Shown: piece by piece, positions 1 to 12,166 of the stretch
Layout of the letters: every line of letters starts with the position of its first letter
How positions within the stretch are numbered: position 1 is the stretch's first letter
Assembly (NCBI GenBank): GCA_038087875.1
Contig: CM075994.1
Span: 4,590,001-4,654,000 of the forward strand
Origin: Malacoraja senta
Lineage: Eukaryota
Direction: 5' to 3'
Length of the DNA stretch: 64,000 nucleotides
Notes under the pieces: model-generated
Told to the model about the DNA's origin: nothing
The model's input: the letters and a program-made list of their open reading frames with translations, nothing else
The model's database searches: none
Made by a program: the position numbers and the translations under genes

Positions 1-847
1 AGTCAAAGCTGAAATGTAGCATGGTATTCAATAAATACAGAAAGGATTGCAGTCGTGAGAACATGGACCTCATTTGCGTTGGAGGGACTGAAGCCAACAG
101 CAGAGATATTTTTTAAGGACAAGCGGGATAAACACGTGAGCGCTCCTGGAATTCGGGGTGTTGTTGCCGGGTGTGGTGAGTAGATGGGAGGGATGTTGAA
201 TGGAGCACACATCTTGACTGCATAGGATGGGCCGAATGGCCTGTCTATGATGCAGAATGAGATGTTATACTATGGTGAACAAAGGTGGACAGAAACAAAC
301 TGAGCAAGTTCCCCCAAGGTGACCATCCACTGCGGATGGGAACTGGATATAGATGATCAATCTGATGTGTGCGCCACGTTCTAGATTTCAATGTTAATCC
401 CCACAATGTGGTCATGGCTGATCTAGCACAGGACTGAACTCCTCTTCTACCCCATTCATTTCGATGACAAATACCCGAATTTTCAACAACAAAAATCTTC
501 CGCTGGTTTAAATACATCTAACAGGTTAAACCCCTCCGAGTCTCTTGGTTGGAGAATCCAGAGATTTACTGCCCTCTGTCCATTCGTGGTCCTTGGGTTC
601 AGATATAGGATCACCCGTTGTTGTTCTAAACACCACAGAATACAAACACCTCTCTACATTCCAGCCAGGCATTCCTGAGATCCCATAGATTATACGGGAG
701 GCCAATTAGTTTGCGAACAACAGCCGGAACAGTTGAAACATTTACTCAGTTCTGAATTACCTGTAAATGCAGCATTTATTTTGGAAATGTCACCCACCAT
801 TTTGTGACTGCACTTTCACCTCGCCAAACTGCAGTCTAACCCCTCAC

Positions 848-2439
848 CTTCAGAAACACCACACTGTCTTTTTGATCCATCTGTTGCTGCTGATAGTTCC
901 TGCTGATTGAAATGTAAATTATATTCAATCTCTCCAAGATTTTTCTCCATTGCATTTAGAAACTTCTTCACTTCCTCCCGGATATGTGCCAGTGCGCGCT
1001 GCTCTCTCTCAGTGAGAATCTGATGCAGTTCAGCAAACTGGGATGTGATCTTTTTATTTTATTTTCATTTTATTAGAAGTAAGTACAATTGTATACAATC
1101 ATATTTTCATAATGCATATTATGTACAGCTTCTTATTTTTATAATAAAGGACAAAAAGAAAAAGAAGTTAGATAATGAAAAATAGAAAAATGTGAGATAT
1201 ATAGTGTGTGAAAAAGAAAAATAGAGAGTGAAAGAAGAAAATTAAGAAATAGAAAATAGAAAAAAGAAAATATAAGAAGAAAAAGAAGAAAAAGAAAAAA
1301 AAAGAAGTAAGGAGATCTTATTAATAATCTTGACCATCCCTCGCCCAGTCACGAATTAGCTTTTACAATTGTGTTGCACCACATGATTCCAAAAAGACGA
1401 CAAATGGAGACCAACTCGTTGTGAATTCGTCAAATTTATCTATTAGGAGGAATCGCATTTCCTCAAGATGTGCGGTGTCCAACATACTTGCAATCCAGAT
1501 TTTGAGCGTTGGTATTGGTGCATTTTTCCAAAATCTCAATATTAATTTTTTTGCAATTATTAAACCATAATTTAAAAATAATTTTTGAGATGGATTCAAT
1601 TTATTCCCATCTTCTATTACCCCAAATATAATCAATTCATTATTAGGTTCCATTTTTATCTTAAATAATTTTGTGAATATTTCAAAAATATCACACCAAA
1701 ATCTATGAAGTTTTATACAGGAAACAAAAGAGTGTGTTATAGTGGCATCTTGGGTTAAACATTTATCGCAAGTGGGGGATATATTTGGATAACATTTATT
1801 TAATCTTGTTTTTGAGTAATACAATCTATGTAAAATTTGTAATTGAATTAGATTATGTCTTGCATTAATCGAACATTTGTGAATGTATGTCAAATACTTT
1901 TCCCATGTAACCTTCATAAGTTTTATCGTTAATTCCCGTTCCCACTCTTCTCTAATTACCTCAGTCGCAGGTAAATCTATATTTAAAATACTATTATATA
2001 AATATGATATTAATTTTTCTGTATCAGCTTTAATATTCATTATTTCTTCCAATAAATCAGGAGTTATTTTTTGATATCCCTGTATATATATATATCTTCA
2101 AGAAATTGCAAATCTGAAAATATTTAAAATAATGATTGTTTTTCAGTTTAAATTTTAATTGTAATTGTTGAAATTATAGTAAATCTCCCATTTCATACAT
2201 GTCCCCAATCCTTTTAATTCCTAAACTTTCCCATTGATTATATGTTTTGTCCATCATAGATGGTTTAAATAAAGGATTATTCGCTATCGGTGTTAACAAT
2301 GATAGGTTTCTTAATTTTAAGGATAATTTTATTTGTTTCCATATTCTTATTGTATCTTGTATTATTGGGTTCTTCTTATATATTGTATTGTTCATTTTTT
2401 TCGGGGAGGGATCTTAGACTGAAGGTTTTGCGACTCTTC
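848..2439 (-). pseudogene. TRIM exon 3 (coiled coil), interrupted by L1 and frameshifted
   Basis: ttcacag|EESQNLQSKI (2439-2410) resumes at 1046 as TSQFAELHQILTEREQRALAHIREEVKKFLNAMEKNLGEIEYNLHFNQQELS, then shifts frame to QQQMDQKDSVVFLK|gtgagg at 848. Reconstructed length 229 nt is not a multiple of 3. Confidence 0.88.
1053..2409 (-). mobile_element. 5'-truncated L1-clade LINE (ORF2 C-terminus, 3' UTR, A-rich tail)
   Basis: ORFs 2174-2395 and 1363-2052 give the L1 ORF2 C-terminal region with the zinc motif CDKC...H...C; A-rich tail at 1051-1070; 6-bp target-site duplication GATCTT at 1047-1052 and 2410-2415. Confidence 0.9.
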
Positions 2440-2974
2440 CTGTGAAATGAAAGGTGAAGATCAATATTGTAGATGATATATGCATGTGCCTTTAATATAG
2501 TTACCTCATCACTACTAACCACTCCCCATATCACAAGTATAATTACAACCTCCCCACCCACATATCGCTCTCTAGTTCCTGTGATAGACCACGTACAGCT
2601 AGTGCTTTCTGTAATGCTGCAGCATGAATAAATGAAGTAAAGTAACGATGTGTCGATAACACATCTTTAGAAATATATAATGTCACTGGTTGTGCTTCCT
2701 CACGACTATGACTGTGACATTTGCCCTACGTATTTTTTTATTTGCTTTGGCAATTCAATAGTTTGTCTAGGAAAGAACTGCCGATGCTGGTTTAAATCAA
2801 AGGTAGACACAAAATGCTGGAGAAATTCAGCGGGATAGGCAGCATTTCTCGGGAGAAGGAATGGGTGACGTTTCGCGTCAAGACAATTCTTCAGCCTGAT
2901 GTCAGAGGAGGGGCGGGACAGAGGTAGAATGTAGGATACAATAAGACTGGTGGGAGAACTGGGAAGGGGGAGGG

Positions 2975-3142
<168 letters not shown>

Positions 3143-6100
3143 TGCATTTATTGTCGTTCAGACCGAAGTCTGGACGAAATTGCAGCAGTCATACATATAA
3201 TACAATAAAAACAACAATAAACACAGATTAACATCCACCACAGTGAGTCCACCCAGCATCTCCTCACTGTGATGGAGGCAAAAGGCTTAGGTCTGCAGTC
3301 TCTTCCCTCCTCTTCTCCCTCTGCGCTGAGGCGATACCCCCCGGGCGAAGTTATAAATCAGTCCCGCGGCTCAAACACCGCGGCCCGGGGTGGTCGAAGC
3401 TGCCGCCCACCAGTCCTGCATACGCAGCCGAACCCCGGACTCAGGCCACCACCCCAGAACACCGTCCCAGCCACCCTCACGTGAGTACCGTGCCGTCTTC
3501 AGCCTCGGGCTGGGCCGCCCCGACATGGCCGCCGAACCAGGGATAGTATCAAAGCAAAAGATGATGCGTACAAATTAGCCAGAAAAAGCAGCATACCAGA
3601 GGACTGGGAGAAATTCAGAGACCAGCAGAGGAGGACAAAGGGCTTAATTAGGAAAGGGAAAATAGATTATGAAAGGAAACTGGCAGGGAACATAAAACTG
3701 ACTGCAAAAGTTTTTATAGATATGTGAAGAGAAAGAGATTAGTTAAAACAAATGTAGGTCCCTTGCAGTCAGAAACAGGTGAATTGATCATGGGGAACAA
3801 GGATATGGCGGAACAATTGAATAACTACTTTGGTTCCGTCTTCACTAAAGAAGACATAAATAATCTGCCGGAAATAGCAGGGGGCCGCGGGTCAAAGGAG
3901 ATGGAGGAACTGAGTGAAATCCAGGTTAGTCGGGAAGTGGTGTTGGGTAAATTGAATGGATTAAAGGCCGATAAATCACCAGGGCCAGATAGGCTGCATC
4001 CCAGAGTACTTAAGGAAGTAGCTCCAGAAATAGTGGATGCATTAGTGATAATCTTTCAAAACTCTTTAGATTCTGGAGTAGTTCATGAGGATTGGATGGT
4101 AGCAAACGTAACCCCACTTTTTAAGAAGGGAGGGAGAGAGAAAACGGGGAATTACAGACCAGTTAGTCTAACATCGGTAGTGGGGAAACTGCTAGAGTCA
4201 GTTATTAAAGATGGGATAGCAGCACATTTGGAAAGTGGTGAAATCATTGGACAAAGTCAGCATGGATTTACGAAAGGTAAATCGTGTCTGACGAATCTTA
4301 TAGAACTTTTCGAGGATGTAACTAGTAGAGTGGATAAGGGAGAACCAGTGGATGTGTTATATCTGGACTTTCAGAAGGCTTTCGACAAGGTACCACATAA
4401 GAGATTAGGATACAAACTTAAATCACACGGTATTGGGGGTTCAGTATTGATGTGGATTGAGAACTGGCTGGCAAACAGGAAGCAAAGAGTAGGAGTAAAC
4501 GGGTCCTTTTCACAATGGCAAGCAGTGGCTAGTGGGGTACCGCAAGGCTCAGTGCTGGGACCCCAGCTATTTACAATTTATATTAATATTCTGGACGAGG
4601 GGAATTGAAAGCAACATCTCCATGTTTGCGGATGACACTAAGTTGGGGGGCAGTGTTAGCTGTGAGGAGGATGCTAGGAGACTGCAAGGTGACTTGGATA
4701 GGCTGGGTGAGTGGGCAAATGTTTGGCAGATGCAGTATAATGTGGATAAATGTGAGGTTATCCACTTTGGTGGCAAAAACGGGAAGGCAGACTATTATCT
4801 AAATGGTGGCCGATTAGGAAATGGGGAGATGCAGCGAGACCTGGGTGTCATGGTACACCAGTCATTGAAAGTAGGCATGCAGGTGCAGCAGGCAGTGAAG
4901 AAAGCGAATGGTATGTTGGCCTTCATAGCAAGAGGATTTGAGTATAGGAGCAGGGAGGTTCTACTGCAGTTGTACAGGGTCTTGGTGAGACCACACCTGG
5001 AGTATTGCGTACAGTTTTGGTCTCCAAATCTGAGGAAGGACATTATAGCCATAGAGGGAGTGCAGAGAAGGTTCACCAGACTGATTCCTGGGATGTCAGG
5101 ACTTTCATATGAAGAAAGACTGGATAGACTTGGCTTATACTCGCTAGAATCTAGGAGATTGAGAGGGGATCTTATAGAAACGTACAAAATTCTTATGGGG
5201 TTGGACAGACTAGATGTTGGGGAAGTCCAGGACAAGGGGTCACAGCTTAAGGATAAGGGGGAAATCCTTTAAGACCGAGATGAGGAGAAACTTTTTCACA
5301 CAGAAAGTGGTGAATCTCTGGAACTCTCTGCCACAGAGGGTAGTTGAGGCCAGTTCATTGGCTATATTTAAGAGGGAGTTAGATGTGGCCCTTGTGGCTA
5401 AAGGGGTCAGGGGGTATGGAGAGAAGGCAGGTACGGGATACTGAGTTGGATGATCAGCCATGATCATATTGAATGGCGGTGCAGGCTCGAAGGGCCGAAT
5501 GGCCTACTCCTGCACCTATTTTCTATGTATCTATGTATCTATGTACCTCCCTCTGGCCGGGCCGCCCCGAGATGGGCGCCGAACGTCCCCCGAGCCGGGC
5601 CGCCCCGATATGGGCGTCGCTTCTTCCCCGGGCCGGGCCGCCCCGACCTGGGCGTCGCTTCTCCCCCCGGCCGGGCCGCCCCGACTTGGGCGTCGCTTCT
5701 CCCTCCGGCCGGGCCGCCCCGACATGGGCGCCGAACCTCCCTCGGGCTGCGAGCGCCGCACCTCCCCGAGCTCGGACGCTCCAACGGGAGCCTCGTTCCA
5801 CCCTTGGGCTGGCCGCCCTCACGAGAGCGCCACAACCGCTCACGGGAGCACTGTTCCAGCCCTGAGCCGGACCACCCTCACGGGAGCGAGCTCAGGGCGA
5901 GTCCTGACGGGCTCTGCCTCCGGAGCCTCGAGGTCATCAGCTCCATTTGGCCTCAGCGCCGACGGAGGCAGAGAAGGGGGAATACGACCAAAAAGTCGCA
6001 TTCTCCCGCAGGGAGAGACTGCAAACCCCGTTTCAACCCCCACCCCCCAAAACACAAGCTAAGAACCAAAAACTAGACTAACCAAAACAAAATAAACAAC

Positions 6101-6162
6101 ACAAAAAACACAACAAACGGGACTGCCGGTGAGCCGCTGCAGCCAGGGCCGCGCCGCCACTC
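3143..6162 (-). mobile_element. GC-rich non-autonomous retroposon-like element (3143-3538 and 5545-6162), inserted in Penelope and split by CR1
   Basis: The halves rejoin at gccgaacc|tccctc, a motif that recurs intact at about 5730. It has internal ~36-bp GC tandem repeats (5555-5735), a 3' AATAAA plus (TATC)n tail, and no RT ORF. Confidence 0.65.
3539..5545 (+). mobile_element. CR1 LINE, 5'-truncated, relatively intact RT
   Basis: ORFs 3724-4608 and about 4600-5444: KSPGPDRLHPRVLKE, NYRPVSLTS, YLDFQKAFDKVPH, SGVPQGSVLGP, FADD, RPHLEYCVQFWSP. One frameshift near 4600; 3' tail of 8-bp repeats (CTATGTAT). Confidence 0.97.
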
Positions 6163-6369
6163 CGGATGGAGAGAGAGTAAAAGCAAGGGCGAATTACAGT
6201 TAGAGCAGTCAATGTTCATACTGCTGGGGTGTAAGCTATCCAAGCGAAATATGAGGCGCTGTTCCTCCAATTTGCACTGGGCCTCACTCTGACAAAGGAG
6301 GAGGCCAATGGCAGAAAGGACAGCTTGGGAATGGGAGGGGGAGTTAAAGTGCTGAGCAACTGGGGGATC

Positions 6370-6910
6370 TTCATAACAAGAGGTGTGGAGTATAGGAGCA
6401 AATAGGTCCTTCTGCAGTTGTACAGGGACCTAGGGAGACCACACCTGGAGTACTGTGCGCAGTTTTTGTCTCTAAATCTGAGGAATGACATACTTGCTAT
6501 TGAAGGAATACAGTGTACGTTCACAGGGTTAATTCCCGTGATGGCGGGACTGTCATATGTTGAAAGAAAGAGGCAGAAAACATGTTCCCGATGTTGGGGA
6601 GTCCAGAACCAGGGCCCACGGTTTAAGAAGAAGGGGTAGGCCATTTAGAACAGAGATGAGGAAAATATTTTCAAACAGAGAGTTGTGAATCTGTGGCATT
6701 CTCTGCCTCAGAAGGCAGTGGAAGCAAATTATCTGGATGCTTTCAAGAGAGAGTTAGATCGAGCTCTTAAAGATAGCGGAGTGAAGGGATATGGGGAGAA
6801 GGCAGGAACGGGGTACTGATTGTGGATGATCAGCCATGATCACAATGAATGGCGGCGCTGGCTTGAAGGACCGTATGGCCTACTCCTGCACTTATTGTCT
6901 ATTGTATGTT
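6370..6910 (+). mobile_element. CR1 3' fragment inserted into Penelope
   Basis: RPHLEYCAQFLSLNLRNDILAIEGIQ and the same 3' UTR as 5400-5520. Confidence 0.92.
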
Positions 6911-7592
6911 GTCAGGTATATTAAGGCGGACTGAGCAGTGGTGTTCAACGAAACGATCGGCGAGCCTGCGCTTGGTTTCGCCGATGTACACCTGGAACAG
7001 CGGATACAGTAGATGAGGTTGGAGGAGGTTCAAGTGAACCTCTGCCTCCCCTGAAAAGACTGTTGGGATCCTTGGATGGAATTGAGGAGGGAGGTAAAGG
7101 AACAGGTGTTGAATCTCCTGCGGTTGCAGGGGAGAGTACCTGGGGAGGGGGTGGTTTGGGTGGGAAGGGACGAGTTGACCAGGGAGTTGCGGAGGGAATG
7201 GTCTCTGCGGAAAACAGCAAGGGGTGGAGAGGGAAAGATGTGGCCAGTAGTGGGATCCCGTTGGAGGTGGCGAAAGTGTTGGATGATTATGTTCTGTATG
7301 CGATGGCTGATGGGGTGCAAGGCGAGATCAAGGAGGACTCTGTCCTTGTTGCGAATACGGGGAGGGGGTGCAATTGCGGAGCTGCGGAATATTGTGGAGA
7401 ATCTAGTGAGAGCCTTATCTATAAAGTACAGAAGTTGACACCTCATTCTTTAGGAAACGGGGGTTTCCCTCTTCCATTGTAGATAGGCCACCAGAAGCAG
7501 CACAACTTGTGTCACTGCGTTGTCCTATTATTACACGCATCACAGGGATCAAATCTACACAAGATCAGGAAATCGAAACTGGAAAGCCTCAC

Positions 7593-7688
7593 CAGAACTC
7601 CAAAAATCTTCTGTTTCTGTTGTTGCTTCATTCGCTGGATCCCTGAATTATTTTTTGTGAGATTCTGGATGGAATCTTTTACCTGATC
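7593..7688 (-). pseudogene. TRIM exon 2 (96 nt, coiled-coil start)
   Basis: tctcag|GAT CAG GTA ... GTT CTG|gtgagg; DQVKDSIQNLTKNNSGIQRMKQQQKQKIFGVL. A 96-nt phase-0 exon is typical of TRIM genes. Confidence 0.9.
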
Positions 7689-7780
7689 CTGAGATTGTGT
7701 TTGAAAAATTAGAGAATAAAAGTGTTAGACAATGAAGACGGAATTAAACAATAATGCGATGAAAATCGGTTTGCTTTTAC

Positions 7781-8191
7781 CTTGTAGGTTTCCACAGCTT
7801 CTTTAACCGACATGAAGCTGTGAGACTTGTGTTCCCGTCCAGCTGCACAAACCAGGCAGACCAGCTTCTTGTCAGTTTCACAAAACAGCTTTAGTTCTTC
7901 CTGATGTTCCACGCACTGAAATTTACTTTCCTTCTCTGTCCGATTCAGGCTCAGTGTTCGAGCTTTCTCAGACAGTCTCGCCAAGGCCCGATTTACCCTG
8001 AGGGTGCGCTCTGTGAACACCTCTCTACATTCCGGGCAGGAGTTTATCCCCTCCCTGTCCCAACTCTGTGTGATGCAGGAGCGGCAGAAGTTGTGCCCAC
8101 ACTCTAATGTCACCGGATCGGTGAAGAAATCCAGGCAGATGGGACAAACTACCTCCTCCGTCCAACTCTCGTCCGGGTCTTACGAAGCCAT
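7781..8191 (-). pseudogene. TRIM exon 1 coding part (RING plus B-box), premature stop at codon 4
   Basis: ATG GCT TCG TAA GAC at 8191, in frame with ORF 7709-8113; ends ...TAC AAG|GTAAAA donor at 7780. Confidence 0.93.
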
Positions 8192-8544
8192 TTTAACTGC
8201 GGCACTTCCTGGCTCAAAACGCATCCCATTTCGCGGATGTAATTAACCCCTGCAGTACCGCGAGTGTTGACGGCGCACCAAAGATCCACTCGACGAAAAA
8301 GCCGTAGGACAGTCAATGGAAAGGGAAACGGGAGATATAGGCATAATTTCCATTCATTTGTCCCTAGTACCCTCTATATCTCTTGTTCCTCTTTCCCCTG
8401 ACGCAGTATGAAGAAGGTTCTCGACCCGAAATGTCACCTATTCCGCTCTATGATCGTTGCTTTCGTCCGTCTGTCCGCGCGTTTCGCTCGCCCTTGGATT
8501 AAGTAGCGCAGGATAAAGCTGCGTATTTACGCACAGGATGTGTT

Positions 8545-8547
<3 letters not shown>

Positions 8548-8616
<69 letters not shown>
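8548..8616. repeat. (AG)n microsatellite
   Basis: Direct observation. Confidence 0.99.
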
Positions 8617-8620
<4 letters not shown>

Positions 8621-8705
8621 CGACACTTGAACATCTCCGTTTATTCCCCCTTCACAGGAATGTTGCATTTATTGTGTAGGTCAAACACAGTTTTCTAAAA
8701 GCGAA

Positions 8706-8800
8706 GTGTCTGAAGAAGGGTCTCGGCCACCCATTCCTTCTCTCCAGAGATGCTGCCTTTCCCGCTGAGTAACCCCAGCATTTTGTGTCTACCTTCTTTC
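8706..8800 (+). mobile_element. Penelope pseudo-LTR fragment (another at about 8380-8450)
   Basis: Reverse-complement match to 2800-2900 (ctgaagaagggtctc...gatgctgcc...ccagcattttgtgtctacctt). Confidence 0.75.
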
Positions 8801-9249
8801 TAAAACAAACCCTGGTCCGCAATGTTTTAAAACACACAGAAAAAAAAGATTACGTTTTTTGCAGCATTCGGGGCCACCCCTCTACCCGTCCGGGGAAATG
8901 AAAGTGTTTATATTTTCTGCAGTTCCTCCCTGTACAAGGTACGTGCCGTTTTAACTGAACGTATAACTGAAGTCGGGTCGAGTCAGGGTTACTGAAATGG
9001 CGGAAGTTACGATCCATTGCGCTCCGTTGCGTACTGCACGTCAGTCCAATGGATTTTGCAGGAGTGGTCTATCTTGCTCCGCTATAGGATCTTTGCTGCG
9101 CACGCTGCCGCCTCGGGAATGAATGTTATTTTCCCTGCAAGTGTTCAGTGTAAAGGTGCCCTAGCCGATTCCAACTCACACCAGGGAGGGGTCAGTTGAA
9201 CATTAAACAGTCCTGAATATACACGAAAGCTGAGAGAAGGGCTTGGGTA

Positions 9250-9725
9250 GTCTGATAGCTGGAAAGAGTGCAGGAAAGATTTACGAGGATGGTGCCCGGA
9301 CTTGAGGGCCGGGGCGAAAGGGAGAGGTTGCGCAGGTAGGACTTTATTAATTGGCGCGCTAAGCTGAAGGGCATGAGTTCAAGAGTATTTCTGTTCCATT
9401 GAAGGGCGCGGTTAAAGCTTTAGAATGAACGGATCGACAGATTTTACGAGGATGTTGCCAGGACTCGAGGGCCTGACTACAGGGAGCGGTTGGGAAGGCT
9501 AGGACTCTATTGCTTAGAGCGCCCGAGGCTTGGGGGCGATCTTATAGATGTGTATACAATCATAAGGGGAATATATAAGATGAATGCGCAGTCTTTTGCC
9601 TCGAGTACATGAATGCAGGAGCCGATAACGTAGATTTAAGGTGAGAGGGGAAGATTCAATAAGAACCCGAGGGGCAACTGTCACACTGACAGAGGGTGGT
9701 GGGTTTATGGAACGAGCTGCATGGC
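9250..9725 (+). mobile_element. Degenerate CR1 3' fragments, two in tandem
   Basis: gatttacgaggatg...ggact(t/c)gagggcc occurs at about 9278 and 9440; ggcgatcttatagatgtgtatacaatcat corresponds to the CR1 GDLIEVYKI region. Confidence 0.7.
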
Positions 9726-10127
9726 ATGTCTACTTTGATGAAGTTCTCTTCCTCTCTCCGACGAGAGCTCTGCAACGCCCTATTTCAAGAGTCAAGAGAG
9801 TTTTATTGTCATATATACTAGACCAAGTGCAGACCCGTTGGGTCTGTTCCTCCAAAGCACGGTTGCGGGGTGGGAATCTGGCACCCACAAACACACAGAC
9901 TCATCACACCCCTTGATATTATCTTAATTTTATGAATTGGCTTCTTTTATCCCATTTCCACCCTATCCACTGATGAATAGCCCTCACCTCTCAGGTGCGT
10001 CTAGAGGGGGGGGCAGAGAGAGAAAATTTAATGTTAGGAAAAAAAATTGTGAGGAGGGGGAGGAGGAGGGTGGAGAGGAAGGGGGGAGAGGAAGGGGGGA
10101 GAGGAGTGGGGAGAGGAGGGGGAGAGA

Positions 10128-10168
<41 letters not shown>

Positions 10169-10304
10169 GGGGGAGAGAGGAAGGAGAGGATGGGGGAGAG
10201 AGGTGAAGGGGAGGGGTTGGAGCGGGCGTGCATGAGTCAAGCCGCGGGCTGTCAAGAGAGAAGGGCAGAGAGAGAGAGAGAGAGATGGGAGAGACAGAGA
10301 GACT

Positions 10305-10510
10305 GGTACAAAAAAAAGCTGGAGAAACTCAGCAGCATCTATGGAGCGAAGGAAATAGGCAACGCTTTGGGCCGAAACCCATCTTCAGACAGGTTTCGGC
10401 TCGAAACGTTGCCTATTTTCTTCGATCCATAGATGCTGCTGCACCGGCTGAGTTTCTCCAGCTTTTTTTTGTGTGTCTTCGATTTTCCAGCATCTGCAGT
10501 TCCTTCTTAA
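10305..10510. repeat. Inverted pair of Penelope pseudo-LTR fragments forming a fold-back with about 80-bp arms
   Basis: aaaaaagctggagaaactcagc...gaaataggcaacg (10311-10365) pairs with cgttgcctatttt...gctgagtttctccagctttttt (10407-10470). Confidence 0.8.
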
Positions 10511-10604
10511 AGACAGAGAGACTGTTGGCGGGCTGTTTCCCCAACGCGCGTTTGGGGGGGGGGCTGCGGCATCACACTCACACTAACCACCGCCCAAACA
10601 CACA

Positions 10605-11850
10605 GGCGGGGCGAGGGGGGAGAGGGAGACGGGGTGGGGAGAGAAGAGGCGAGGGGGGGAGGGAGACGGGGTGGGGAGAGAAGAGGGGTGTGAGGGGAGA
10701 GGGGGGGGAGAGGAGAGGGGGAGGAGGAAAGGGGAGAGATTGGGGATGGAGAGGAGAGCAGGGTGGGGGAGAGGGAGGGGGAGGAGAGTGGGGAGTGGGA
10801 GGAGAGCGGGGAGGGCAGGAAGGGGGGAGAGGGATAGGGGGTGGCAGAGGGGGGGGAGGGGATGTTAGAGGTGGGGAGATGGGATGAGGGGAAGGGGAGA
10901 GAGGAGTAGGGGGAAGAGAGGAGGAGAGAGAGGGAGGGGGGAGGGAGAGAGGTGGGGAGGGAGAGGGGAAGTGTGTGGAGTGAAGGGGAGAGGGGTAGCG
11001 GGGAATTGTGCAAGAGAGAGGGGAAGGGGGTGGGGGGATATGGGGGTGATGAGGTGTGGGGGAGGGGGAAGAGAGGGGGTGGGAGAGGAGGAGGGGGAGG
11101 GGTGGAGGAGAGAGGGGGGAAGAGTGTGGAGGGAGGGGGCGAGCGGAGAGAGGGGGGAGATTGGGGAGGGAGAGGGAAGGGAGGGAGAGGGAAGGGAGGG
11201 AGGGGGGAGAGAGGGGTGGGTGATGGAGATAGGGAGGGATGGGGGAGATAAGTGGAAGAATGGGGAGAGACGGGAGAGGTGTAGGGGGGAGTGGTGGAAG
11301 TGGGAGAGAGGGCGGGGAAGGGGAGTAGGGGGGAGTGGTGCAAGAGGGAGAGAGGATAGGGGAAGTTGGTGGGGGGCGAGAGGGAGGGAGGTGGAGAGAG
11401 AGGGTGGGGGAGGGATGGAGGGGGTGGGGGAAGGGAGGAGAGAAGTGCAAGAGTGGGGAAGGAGGGGGAGAGTGGTAGGAGAAGTGGTGGAAGAAGGACA
11501 GAGGGGTAGGGGGCGGGGGAGAGAGGGAAGGGGGGTGGGGTAGTGAGAGAAGGGGGGTGGGGGAGAGAGATGGGGTGGGAGGAGGAGGGGGTGAGAGGGA
11601 GAGGGGTGAGTAGAGGGAGAGGGGGGAGGAGAGAGGGATGGGGCAGGGGAGGAGAGAGGGGCGGGAGGAGGAGAGTGGGAGATGGATGGGGTGGGAGGAG
11701 GAGGGGGAGGAGAGGGAGAGGGGGAGGAGAGGGTGATGGAGAGGGGGAGTAGAGAGCGATCGGGAGGAGGAGAGTGGGATGGGTGAGGGGGAGAGAGGTG
11801 TGGGGAAGGGGGGAGGGAGGGGAGGAGGGAGATGGGGTAGGGGAGGGGAA
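10605..11850. repeat. Polypurine (G/A-rich) low-complexity tract inside the Helitron
   Basis: About 1.25 kb almost devoid of C on the + strand; source of the spurious P/S/L and G/E/R ORFs. Confidence 0.97.
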
Positions 11851-11921
11851 AAATCTCGGCGTTTCTGCGTGCGGTGTTGGCGTACCGAGGAATCAAAGGC
11901 TGGCTGGCACAAGTCAAGCAG

Positions 11922-12166
<245 letters not shown>

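Noticed and set aside
1..847. Search for TRIM exon 4 onward (PRY/SPRY); ORFs 3-212 and 245-517
   Set aside because: No recognisable exon or domain; looks intronic, with an old CR1-like tail near 110-250.
5450..6076. Overlapping GC-rich ORFs in six frames
   Set aside because: Stop-poor GC tandem repeats within a non-coding element.
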